Shown here in pieces: positions 13,329 through 25,330 of a stretch of 64,000 bases of DNA. Under the pieces are notes generated by a model. The model did no database searches and was not told the DNA's origin. It worked only from the letters and a program-made list of their open reading frames with translations. Positions within the stretch are counted from its first letter, which is position 1, and every line of letters begins with the position of its first letter. A program made the translations under genes and the position numbers. Origin of the DNA: Elsinoe ampelina (taxonomy: Eukaryota); the NCBI GenBank assembly GCA_010093995.1, contig ML992503.1:409662-473661 (forward strand). The letters are read 5' to 3'.

Positions 13329-16300
13329 TCACAAAAACGCACACCACCCGATATACATCCTGCACAAATTCCCCTCATCCCTCGCCATATCAATCAGCGC
13401 CTGCACCATCCCCTCGACAGACAACGGCACACTTTCCCCCCTCAAATACCCCCTCAACTTGCCACTCACACTATCCAACACCTCCCTCGGCGTCTCCGGC
13501 ACCCCGGTCCCAGCAGGGGCCTTCTTCCTCCTCCCCACGAAATCCGTCGTGGGATCATGCAGGAACGTCTCGAGGATATTCATCAACGTATCCTGCTCCT
13601 CGCGCAACAACCTCAGCGTCAGTTCCGCGGACGCCCGGAACGGTCCCTCGACGCCCAGCACCGGCCCCATGGCGTCGACCATGTTGTGCGTGAGCCTGAA
13701 CGGGACCAGTTCGGGTTTTTCGAACGTGAGGCCCTTGTCGAAGAGGCAGTTGAAGTCGACGTGGAAGACGCCCCCCGTGGATTCTTCAAGCAGGATGTTC
13801 TCCCCGTGACGGTCGCCTAGCCCCAACACGTGGCCCGTCATGGACATGACGGCTGCGGTGCGGGTGTAGCGGAGGCGGGAGGCGAACCAGGATGAGGGCG
13901 AGGGGAAGAGTTCGGTGAACCATTCGTGCAGCACCGGGGGGAAGTGGGGGAGGATTTTGCGGGTGAAGAGGGGGTAGTTGGACGGGTGGGAGGAGGCTTC
14001 GTTGAGGAGACCCCGGAGTTCGGTGTAGTTGGGTTGGATGCCTTTGCGGGAGTAGATGCGGAGGAGGATGTCGCGGAGGGGTTTGATGCCTTCGACCCAT
14101 TCGATGGTGCCGGATTCTTCGCTAAGGGGGGTAACGCCGTAGGTTTTGATGTAGAGCCGGCGGCGGGAGGACTCGGGGGAGCGTTTGAGGGCGCGGTTGA
14201 TCATGGTGTTGAATTCCATGAGGCGTTGGTCTTTGCGGAGGTCGTCTTTGGGCTTGCAGAGGAGACCGTAGGACTTGCCGTCTGAGCCGCGGAGAGTGAG
14301 CTTGCGCGGCCGTTGGAGGGAGTTGAGGACAAGAACGTCATCCTGGAAGCCGGCGATGGTGACACGGTCGGCGGCAAATGCTTTGAAGTTGCGGATGTAG
14401 CCTGCGTCTTGCACGGTAGGAATGTTGGGTGTGAGGAAGTCCTGGAAAGGCACGACAAGTGGATTTGGTGCCAGCTTGTGATTGAAGCCCAGATCTCGAG
14501 AGAGACTTGCATTAGAAGACCTCCCTTCGAGATGTACTTCGCAGGCATTCAAAAGTGCTTCTTGCAACTTCTGACCTTGTATGACCAAGTTTCTGACTTC
14601 GTACCCGCCAGTGTCGCTCTTTGATTTACTCTTGCTGTCCCTGAGCTTGGCAATGATCTCTCGCCCACGACTAGCTCGGTCTTGTGCCGTCGCCCTAGCG
14701 ACTGGAAGAAGAGCCCAGAGCCCCTGCTGAGCATGCCAGGAGACAATGCCGGTAATGATGTGTGAAAGGACCTCGCTGACTTTGGGATTTGGATGAGCGA
14801 TCCGGCTGATCAGCTGTGGCAGAGCTGTATAGAACACATATCTTGGAACCCGATCATAGTACTTCTTCAGCTGGGAGTGAGTGTGGGCGAGGAACTTGTT
14901 GCGTCGGTCAAACATGTCCTGGCTGAGCTCTCTTGGCTTCGTCAAGCAGTCCATCCCGAGATCCAGCCAAAGCGTGATAAGCTTCGGTATGGTCTGGTAC
15001 CAATACTTGCTGCCAAAGGGTACAGATCGGAGATAATTCTCAATGACCAGCTTCGTAATTTCACCAGTGTGAAATGCCTCTGACTGCTTCCCAGAAGGTA
15101 GAGCTTTCTCCGCCTCCAGCAATTTATTGTAATGCTTGCCGAGATAGTAATGGCCCTTTTCCCACTTTGCATAGTTCTTCGCTGCATATTGGTACTTGTC
15201 TGTAACGGCCTGAATTTGTGTCTGGCCAGATGCATCCAGCCACTTGGCCAACAACAAGTGAGCCCTTGCAGCCAACATGTTCTGCTTCACGGGCATGTCT
15301 GACGTACTATGCGATGCTGTGCGTCGGTCGTACGCGGCGAAGACATTCGAATCGATGGCTCCTTGGAGACTGTGGATAGCCTGACGATGCTGTCCGTTCT
15401 TCCACATGAGTCGTGCCTGCTCGATCTTGGAGGAAGCGTCACCGCACTTGGAAGCGCAGATAACTGCGAAATGAGCAGCATTGTCGATGTCCGCCTTTCG
15501 CGCCAGACGTGCGGTCGTGAGCCACAATTTGCCGATCTCAGGGTCTACGGCCGACTTGGTGGCCTTGAGAACTGCTCTTCGCACGCCGAGAACGTATTGC
15601 TTGTCCGACATGGACGTTCCTAGCACTGCTAGACGCTTGTCAAGTGCAGTAGACATCTGACTGACGTCTACTTGACTGCCAGGTGGCTGCTCGCGGAGTC
15701 GTTGGATCTCTTCCACTTCATGTAGGACGTGGAGTTGCAGAAGCTCTGTATGACATGCACCCAGAGAGCTGGCTGTTGATGATGAGATGTTTCGGCTGAT
15801 CGATGATCGCAGATCAAGCAGCTTGGACATGGAGATGTCAAGCTTGCCTTCCTCCACTGCCAGGAGCACTTGAGCTAGGGACACGTTGAAGTTGGCAGCC
15901 CCGGGAAGTCGGAGCTCTACAAGCTCTCGCGAATGATCGTTTAGCGAACCTGTTGACCACGCGGCCTCGGACGTGAAGGAAAGCAATCGCTGTCGCCAAC
16001 CGGTATCTGCAGATTCAGAGGATGCAAGGTCCTGCGCTACCCGTATGACGTGGCTTGCTTGACCAGATTGCTGCAAGCAGACCAACAGATTGGCTTGCGT
16101 CTCTCGGTCGTCCGGCTTGTCCATGAGTTCGATCTCATACCAACTCTGTGCAGCTGTCCACCTTCCTGCCTGCAGATGCTGCCATGCTTGCTGCTCCGGC
16201 GTCAAGATGTTCATTTGTGCAGCTATACCATCAAGTCCGTCTGGCTCATCGATCTCGCTGTAGATTGATTGCAATCGAAGATACATGCCGTCTCTGGTAC

Positions 16301-19300
16301 TGGTATCGAGTCCAGATCTTTGTTGCTCCTCACGTATATGGTTCTCCCAGTGAAAGAGAGCTCGGGTGTATGAGCCACATTCGATGGCTCTCGTGGTGAT
16401 GATATTGGCCGGTATGGATTCAACCAATTTCTCAATGCTTGAGATCTGGGCCATAGCGACCTCTTCTTCTGTCTCGTCGGGAGAATGACCGGCTCGCTGT
16501 AATTGTATTCGCATAAGTGCCTGAGCTCTTTTCTTCTCTTGAGCCCAGCGGGTCAAGTAGTCAAGCACTGAGAAGACATCCTGACCAAATGTCAGTCATT
16601 TTGTAAAGATGAGTGAGGATGTGCTTACCTCGCTGCATTGCCGCAGAACGTCTTGCTCTGCAGGTATTGAGGACTCTGACGACAACACCGTCAACATTTC
16701 GCTTCCAATATCCTCGACCTCTTTGACAGTGCCGCCCAGCACAATATCAGTGACCACGTATGGAAGCAGAAACTTGGATATGCTAATGTCGTGGGATAAG
16801 ATGACTCTTGTCAGCGGGACGAAGAGGATCTTAGCATTGTCTCCTTTGCCTCTCCTGAGCAAGTCGAAAACCCATCTCCGCAGCCATTCGCCATGTCTGA
16901 TGGACAAGGTGAAGATAGGGAATTCTGCTTGCGGCGTTAATGGTAAGCTGTTGAGAACGTAATTCGAAGAGAGGAAGGGTTGGAGAGTGTTCCTCGTGCT
17001 TTCTGGCATCCTCAGCCATGCCTCGCTCTGTGTATTGCCCTGCGAGCTACGCAGTCTTGTGTTGTCTGAACCCTCAATATTTGTCAACTTCATCAGCTCC
17101 TGCATTGCCCACGCTAGAAATCCCTGTGTACGGGCATTCGTAGCAGACCTGAAGGCTGGTACCAGAGTCTCTGTGAAAAGGTTGCCAATCCATATGCCAA
17201 TTTCTCTCGTCAGCTCAAAATTGGACAGCATGAGCATGTGAGTTTCAGGCGCTTTCTGCTCTACTTTGTTAGGATCGATACAGCCAATGACACCAAGACA
17301 CCTGGCACACATGTCTGCAATGGGTCGTGAGGAGAGATTGTACTTGACGCAAGTGGTGAGTAATGTTTGCGTGGCAGTGATTATGATAGGCATCGGAGGC
17401 TCGCTGACTGCACCGTCATGAACAAAGCTCTGATTCTGCTCCAACCAGTCGTACAATTCGCGAGCTGCTTGCAGTACTATCGAAGCATTCTCGTCATTGA
17501 GTCGATCCACGAACGATTGAAGGAAGTTTTGCGGTCGCTCCCCAGACTTCAACCGGCTCAACTCGGCCTCAAACTTGCCCATGAGTGGTATGTCCGCGAG
17601 TGACGGTACATTGATGACTTCGTCCCGGATGGCATTGTTGTGGGTCTTAAGGAGGTGTGCTACTGTGTCATGTGTTTTCTGCTGAATGTCGGAAGACATG
17701 GTTGTCCAGTATTGTGCGACAATTGAGAAGAGATGCCCAAGAAGCGATACGACGTTCTCGCCAGCCAGGCAAGACATGAGAGCAAGCCACGCAGACATGG
17801 CCTCGTTGATCAGATCGCCTTGGTCTATAGCGGATTGTAGACATGCTCTGATTTGAGGCAAAGCGATCTCTGCATGGATGGTAGCCAGATTGATCATCTC
17901 CTCGATCCCCTTGAGACATCTCATTCTCTCCTGCCTCAGGGTAAAGTCATCTTTGCGTTCGATTGTGTTGGAGAAATGAGTGATGATGCCCAACACATGG
18001 TTTTCGAAGAAAGTCCCTAGCAACTTCGCAGGACGAGCCCGAATATTGCCTTTCCGTTCAATGATGACTGCGAAATCCTGGATCGACTTGTATATTCCGG
18101 GCTTTCTTCCAGGATTATCGACATCAGCGGCCATCTTCAACATCTCGGCGACTACTGGGATCGGTTCGAAACGAATGAGACTGTGAAGATCCTCTTCATT
18201 CCACTCCTGTGTGCAATCGAGCAGGACTGCTGTAATGAACTCTTCTGGGTCCATGCCATTTGGAGTCTCACAAAGCAATGTTGCGAGCACTCCAGCCAAA
18301 TTTGATTTGGGTTGCATGATCGTCTCTCGAATCGACAGAGAACTTGGTCGTCTTTGAAACGTCTTGTTACCAGTCCCGCCGGACAGACTTCGAGAGACTT
18401 CTGCTGCAGCGACACGAGCAGCCGCTATGCGAAGCAGGACATCTTTTCGCTTGGTTCGAACCAGGAAAGGTACCGTTTCGGCCTGTGTCGTGAAGAGAAA
18501 TTGGTCGATTGTCTTACCTAAGAAGTCTGACAGTAACTTGGCCTTCTGCGGTACCGATATGAGGTCCTTTGCGACTGTTGCAGCGATTGATCTCCAGTAC
18601 GGTCTCATGAGCCTCTCGGGATCTATCTTGAGTGACAAAGCCAATCTCTCCAATTCACAAGCAGCTAGTCCGCTGATCAAAGCGTTACCATGCCCGAGAT
18701 ATTCCACGAGCTGGAGCAGAGCCAGATTTCGTTCTTGATCACCGCACACCATCACAACCTGCCCCCACGTCTGAATCAGAGTTTCGTGCTGACTTGGCTC
18801 TTTTCTTTCAGACAACTTGTGGAACAGCTTCAGAGCTTCACGTCGGTTGTTCAGACGGATGGCATCCGAAATACCTTGTCCAAGGAAAGCCACGAGGGCT
18901 TTGGCCGAGCTTGCTCTGAATTCACGAGACGAATGCGTGAGATTTCTTACGCACCACCAACCGAGTGTGGAGGAAGATAAATCCAGGTGCTCAACCGCTT
19001 TCGGATTTTGAGCATAGTATTGAATTGCTTGTGCAGCCAAGACTCGACAACGTGTGGAGTTCTTGAGGTCGGGATAGTCGACCAGTGACACGAGCAGATT
19101 ACCTAGGTGTTTCATCGATGTGGCATCAAGAGTCGTATCCTGCGCAAATACATTCAACAATGTCCAGATGTGCACTTGATCGGATTCTTCGAGCTTTGTA
19201 TAGCCCGTCTTTGAGATTCTTGGCTGTGATGGTCCGTTGACAGATAATGCTGCGATACCACTGAGGATCTTCTGCACATCCTCGGAGATAGACTGTTCAG

Positions 19301-20309
19301 GATGTGCTTGCTCCAGGTACACCGGAGGTCGTAGACGAATTGCAGGATCTGGTACTTCCAATGCTTCCAACAGACTATCAATTCTGCCCGGGATCGCTCC
19401 TGCTTCCGTGGGCACAAAGTCGTGGTTGAATTGCACGAAACGCTTTATTGCGACCAGTGATTTTTTCGCCCACATTCCTGTCCCAAACTCCGCCTGAGTG
19501 GGGTGAAAGGTATGCAGTCTGATCGAAGCATCGAGCAATGTCAGTGCGGAATCGCAGATATCGTGTATGCCATGTAATTTGAGCTGTGTATCAGACGGTA
19601 TCGTCGTTGCCATCCCAGAGCCTTCGTAGAAGCGGGTAATGCTGCGAGCAGGTGGCAAGGTGACTGCCAGCGACTGAATCGACTTTTTTGTAAAGCGTAG
19701 CTGCTCCTGTAAAGCTTCAATCACAGCGTCGACACCTTCTCGATATAGCAAAGAGACTGTCTTTGCATATTGCCAGTAGTCTAGCGACTTCGACAGGACG
19801 ACGACAACAGATGCGAGAAATGTCGACACATGAGGTTGCAAGGCCCTATACTTTGGGTGAAGCGAAGCACTGAGTAAGCGAGTGAGAAGCCAGATGACCA
19901 TAGGCGCTGTCTGGCCATCGTGCTGCGTGTAGAAGAGAAGCTCAGGCTGCCGACCAATGGTGATCCCGATGACAGCTACACTGTCTTGTGCTTGTGATAG
20001 TAACGCATCGTGCTTGGCGAACGGATCATCGTCCTTGTGTAGCACGTCGATGCCCAGCTGAACCACCAGACGGATGGCATTGTAGTTGATATTGGGGTCG
20101 GTCTCAGGATTCGTGTCGTTATGTAGGATCTCATTCAGCATGCTACTGAAATCGACAGTCGAATCTGCGGTCACACGTCTCGCCTCTGGAGCATGCTCGC
20201 GGACGAGCTGCGCTGCAAGCGTTGATGGTGGCGGTACGTTGTCGCCGATGTGTGATCCATTCGGACCTCCGTGGGTCACCGCCCCGGCGGCGCTTCTTCT
20301 TCCCACCAT
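13329..20309 (-). CDS. MEC1: PIKK-family checkpoint kinase ATR/Mec1/Rad3; exons 20309-16629 and 16580-13329
   Basis: Kinase motifs KPKDDLRKDQRLMEF, GLGDRHGENIL, HVDFNCLF; FATC end LCRMYIGWCAFL; 48-nt intron 16628-16581 (GTAAGC...CTGAC...CAG) fuses the ORFs. Confidence 0.95.
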
Positions 20310-20557
20310 GCTGAGTTAGCATGCAATTTCTCCAGGGAGCTCCTCATCATCTGTCCTGAGCTGCGTTTCCACGTGGAAAAGGAAGGTTCATGGATTGTGG
20401 CGCGAGAATAAAGTGGCTGCGTCCGTCAAAATCGCGAAGGCACGTGACCAATTTGCGGAGGATTTTCGGCTTCGAAGAACATCATCCTCAGCTTCCACCT
20501 TGATCAACATCGACCTCACATTTCTACACATCGGTTCAACGATTACTCCTGGACATC

Positions 20558-20952
20558 ATGGCGGTATTCCAATCAAAGAAATTCCATCCGTCCTCCAGCT
20601 CGGCGATCAAGATGCGAGCCGCAGTCTCCCGACACCCATTCCTTCTGTTCGGCCTACCCTTTATGGCTACTATGCTGGCAGGATCCTTCTTCTTGACCCC
20701 AGCGACCGCGCTGCGATACGAGAGGCACGACAACAAAGTCAAGCAGCTATCGCGAGAAGAGTCGTTGGGTATTGGTGCAAACAAGCGAAAGGTGGATCTG
20801 CGGGAAGAATACTACGTGAGCTTGGAAAGAGGTATTTCTGGCTAGAATGACACTGACATGCGTGGCAGAGACTTGCAGGGAAGGACTTGGACAACTGGGA
20901 GCAGAAGCGAGTCAAACGACTTCCTGGTGAACCAGATGGGATTCTCGAATAA
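20558..20952 (+). CDS. COX16: Cytochrome c oxidase assembly protein Cox16; exons 20558-20815 and 20869-20952
   Basis: RHPFLLFGLPF...GSFFLTPATALRYERHD...DLREEYY|RLAGKDLDNWEQKRVKRL after removing the 53-nt intron 20816-20868. Confidence 0.9.
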
Positions 20953-21104
20953 GCAAGAGATGTACGGATATATCATTACGACCATCATGACTCTAGATAC
21001 CCGGCGCAAACGGACGCTACCAATATGCACAAAATGCACGCTGCTCTCTAGTATATCCTGCTATCTCAGAGCACCATGCTCTATGGACAGACGCTCACCG
21101 GCTT

Positions 21105-22583
21105 TCACAAGCTCGGCTTCGGCATCGCCTTTCCTTCCTTCTCATAGCCTTCGAGCCTCTTGTTCTTGGTCTTTTGCACATTCTCCACAGCTTGCTCCCA
21201 AGAGAAGTGCGCTTCTCCACCAGTCTTCAGCTCCACTTGCTCTTCCTTCCCAGACTTAGCCCGGATCAGGATGCTCTTCCCCTGGACTCCTCCCTCGACG
21301 CATTTCCTGGCAAAGTCACCCCAGTTCTTGTAGCAGGTATCGCTGGTTGCAAGATGCGGTAGCAACATGCTGAAAACGTGCGGCATGGCTTCGTAATGCT
21401 CCCACTGAACAGTAACGCCCTGCTCCTTCGCTCGGACAGCAAGGACTGCATCTTCATCGTAGAGCATCTCGTCGCCGCTCATGAGCCACAAGGGTGGTGC
21501 GCCGGACCAGTCTTTCGCGACCAGAGGCGATACTAGCGGATGATCGAGCAAGCTGAGGTCGCAGAACACGTCACCCCGTGGTGGAGTCGTTGGCCAGATG
21601 TCGTCCTTTGGGAATGCAACCTTTGCATCGTCGGCCTTGGGCGGAGGGAGGTAGTCATACTTGGCATTCTCGATGAGCGAGGGCGAAGACCGAGCGATAT
21701 CCAGCCAGGCAGAGAGCCCTGAAACGCCAGCAGGTAGAGGGACGGCCACCTCTCGGCCATTGTAACGCACCGTGGGCGGCTTAGTCGGCACCCTATTCGA
21801 GCGATGAAGCTGCAGAAGCAATTGCAGCAGCGCAAAAGCCAGATTTCCACCAGCAGAGTCACCTGCGAACACGATCGAAGACGCCTTCACCGGCTCATGG
21901 AACGACCCCTCCGGAGGATACAGCAGGTACAGATACGCGTTAAATGCATCGATCAGCTGCGACGGGAACGCCGCTTGAGGCGCAAGCCGGTACTGCACCG
22001 CTAGCGCACGCCCCCCGCACGCCTTCGCTAGCCGCGAGATGGGCACACGATGCGTCGTGAAGCCACAGAGGTAGTAAGCGCCGCCATGGAAATATAGCAC
22101 TGTCGTCTCGGACTTGCGATTCGGGTCTGCCATGAGCTTGTCGTAGCGCTCCTTGGGCGAGAGCCCCTCAGGCAGCGGCTCATTGGCGGTCCTCGCTTCC
22201 GAGCGGAATCCAGTCCATTCTACAGGTAAATCTGCATTGTCTGGCTTCGTGTACGTCTCTTGTCCTGTGCCCATGTCTGCTATCGCTTTGAATACTGCTT
22301 CTCTTGTCCCGTCGTCGCTGGGGGCGGGTATTGTGGCTGGTGCGGTCCATAGCTTGCCTTTGGGGCCGGGGTCTTTGAGTGTGAGTGCTTGTGTCTTCCC
22401 GAGAGGCGAGGGCTTGTCGGTTATGAGCAGCGATCGGAGCACGGTCATTTGCAGGGTCGTGTGGAGGTCCCATGTTGAGGACGTGGGGGAGAGGGAGAGG
22501 GTGTGTGCCGCTGCTGCTCGGAGCATAGAGGGGACTTTGGGGAGGATGAATCTGGCGAGGGCGGCGTATGATGCGTCCTCCAT
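21105..22583 (-). CDS. Alpha/beta hydrolase, hormone-sensitive lipase family (Say1-like esterase)
   Basis: HGGAY oxyanion motif, YRLAP, GDSAGG nucleophile elbow, MPHVF catalytic His; first in-frame ATG at 22583. Confidence 0.88.
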   Translation of the reverse strand: MEDASYAALARFILPKVPSMLRAAAAHTLSLSPTSSTWDLHTTLQMTVLRSLLITDKPSPLGKTQALTLKDPGPKGKLWTAPATIPAPSDDGTREAVFKAIADMGTGQETYTKPDNADLPVEWTGFRSEARTANEPLPEGLSPKERYDKLMADPNRKSETTVLYFHGGAYYLCGFTTHRVPISRLAKACGGRALAVQYRLAPQAAFPSQLIDAFNAYLYLLYPPEGSFHEPVKASSIVFAGDSAGGNLAFALLQLLLQLHRSNRVPTKPPTVRYNGREVAVPLPAGVSGLSAWLDIARSSPSLIENAKYDYLPPPKADDAKVAFPKDDIWPTTPPRGDVFCDLSLLDHPLVSPLVAKDWSGAPPLWLMSGDEMLYDEDAVLAVRAKEQGVTVQWEHYEAMPHVFSMLLPHLATSDTCYKNWGDFARKCVEGGVQGKSILIRAKSGKEEQVELKTGGEAHFSWEQAVENVQKTKNKRLEGYEKEGKAMPKPSL

Positions 22584-23355
22584 GATGGCGGTATTGTGCT
22601 GGAGGACTGGGCAGCAGGGCGGCGTGGTCAAAGATGAGGTGGTTTAAGGAGAGGTATAGATAGGTAAAGTTGTAGTCGCTTGCCGAGGTCGAGGTTGGCT
22701 GGTGAGGTCACGGTCGTTGGAAGCGAAAAGTCCGAAGGAACGAAATTTCCGAAAAAGTGCACACTTAAAAGCTTTGGAAACGCCTTTCCTAAGCAATAGC
22801 TGCCTACCTACTGTCCGGGTATCTCGTGACATATGGAAGCTGATATGACCGATTGACAGCACAGCTCGGCGATAACGTTTGTGCAGGGCATTAGGCTGTC
22901 ATCTCTGTGGTGGTCGTGTTCGGCTTCTGCGTCTGCCTTTTCTCTATACTTCTACGTCTGCCTTTCCCTATACCTCTGCTACTGCCTTTCTCTATACTTA
23001 CCTCTTAATCTTTGACTCTTCCTGTACCCCTAGCCTCCCTGATGCCTATGGCCAGGAATATGACGATTTCCCATTCTCTGGGGATGCACCTCCAACGAGT
23101 CTCCCCGTCGGGGCACGCCACGGCGACGGGCATTGACGGTCCTTGATAAAGGGTAAGGTATGTGCTGCGTAGAGATAAAAGCGAGCCAGTACCCAAGTCT
23201 GTCCATCATCGTGGTGGAAGAGCAAACTGTCTTGTTCACATCATATGATTTCAGCAAGTTGCAAGTTCAGCAAGTTGATACTCAGCTGAGATAGTGTCGC
23301 AGAGGACTCAAACTTTTGCAAGGAGAGAGGTCGCTTCAGCATTCCTCTTACACCA

Positions 23356-23413
23356 TTCCTAAGCAATAGCTTCCTCTTCCATCTTTCCTAAGCAATAGCT
23401 TTCTCTTCCATCT
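23356..23413. repeat. Two tandem 29-bp units (TTCCTAAGCAATAGCTTYCTCTTCCATCT); the 16-bp core recurs at 22786-22801
   Basis: Read directly; the units differ at one base. Confidence 0.85.
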
Positions 23414-24146
23414 TTCGTATCCTCCTTCGTATTCCAGGCTCCTATCGACGTCGCCGCAAGAAACAAGGCCGTGGAATGCGATGCACATGATCTAGCACGA
23501 TGAGGACTACTACATCGCTTGTTGCCTCGCTGGACTCCCAGCTACCAGCTTCAGAAGTCCTCTCACGTCTTAAGAGACATCTGACTATATACCGCCTCGT
23601 GTGTGCAGTCATAAGCTGCTTCGATGCCTCTGGTTATGTACAGCGCGCTAGTGCTTTTCTCAACCATCGCCGCGAACAAGCTTGATCTACACACCATGAC
23701 ACCACTTCCAAGTGGATACACACAACCGGCTACATGACTGTCTTTGGGTACTGCCGTTTGTATAGATCACATGGTTGCTACGATGCTATACTGGGATGTG
23801 GTCATCACGGGTCGATACGTGCTCCATGAGCATGGCACATTTTGCACGGGCACTCTGATCAAACTGCTTTTGTATCTTGCATCCAACTATGATTTGGACC
23901 TCGTACAATAGCTTCCGGTCGACTATGTAAGCTCTTGAAAGGGCTGGAACGCTCTAGGTAGCATCGGCGTTCCATCGCATGAATAGAGACCGGTGATTGA
24001 TGCGAAAATGGACGTCAAGATCGAGCTTGTCTGTGATGATTCTACTCGACTGCCATCCAGCTCAGAAGCGACCATTCCTCCATATCATGACCGAAAGGTC
24101 GGTGACGCATTCGTCCCGCCCGCTACAACCGGTGTGTGGAACATGT

Positions 24147-24401
24147 CTAAGGCGTTGCAGGGGGAAGCCCTTCCATGACGAGAGAGTTTACATCTTCCTT
24201 CCCGTACCTTGCAGCTCTGCAGCCATGGAACCAGGCGTCGCACAGATCGCACCAGTAGTGTCTCCAGTTACCATGGAGGTCGTGGCACTTGTATTTCCTA
24301 ATCCAATCTCGCCTGTTTCCGCAGTCGCACTCGGATTCATCGTTTGGCCATGTCGACCACGTGATCTGCAAAGCCCTGGAGGGTGTCCGGTGCCAGTGCA
24401 T
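24147..24401 (-). pseudogene. Relic of the C-terminal Cys-rich module of the 32031-34163 / 34877-38980 family
   Basis: TWPND...DAWFHGCRAARYGKEDVNSLVMEGLPPATP aligns with TWPND...NAWFHGCRAAFYGKIDTNSLSMAGLPSATP; TAG where the paralog has TAC; no signal peptide; in-frame stop two codons upstream of the ATG. Confidence 0.7.
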
Positions 24402-25330
24402 CTTTCAGTGCCCCTCTTTATGCTTACTGGCCTGCTTCCAGGAGCCACGTCACTCTGCGCAATAGACGCACATTTATACTCCAGGGTAACTCTTTGTGGA
24501 AGTAATGACCTAGCTTTCGATGCTTCTGCTGGCTCATTGCAGTGAGCAGATGATCAAAATTGTGGGATTTGGAACTCTATGCCTTGCTCGTGGTACCCCC
24601 GCAAGACAACTTCTTGCCGGAAAGCGTGGACGCCACCTGAATGTATGGAAGCGCCACGGTGCCTACCTTATAGGTGGGAACCTTCGTCGGCTTGGTGTGG
24701 TGATAAGATTGACATGGCCTCGAGAGACGAGGTCAGATGCGTTGTGCTGCGGCTCGATAAGCGTGAAAACCCGGTGGAATTTACAGTATCATCCATACTG
24801 AATCGAAAAATAAAAAGTCAAGACAGGGCGGTAAAGTTATTTATTGCTTTTGATTGATTGTCAAATGTGGAGAATGATCAGGAACCTGGAAGATGTGCTT
24901 TGGAGGACATCACAGCCGAGGTTCCAACGTTGATATCAGCGAAGCAACGCGAACGCACAGCCCTAGGACTTCATTTATTTCGGACATGTGTTTCAGAGTG
25001 TCTCCAAATCATCAATGTTGCCATACCCTGGTAGATGCCAGCTGACCGGTCGATGCCAGTCGCCCTCTTGCGACCCCAGTGTCCAAGCTATCGTCACGTG
25101 AGCGGCGCCATGTCACACGGCAAATCACAGGAAGATAAAGCAACGCCGAAAGAAGGCAGTATATACAATCCTCAATCAATCTAAGCGAGCGAAAGGTTCT
25201 CTCAAGACCAATGCCAGCAAGAATACAGTTTTCCGAAAGGTAAATGTTCCCAGTCACACCATGAGCGCCTGACGCTCACACTCCCCTCCTCCTTCCCTGT
25301 TTCATCGTACCCAGCTATCCCTCTCCAACC

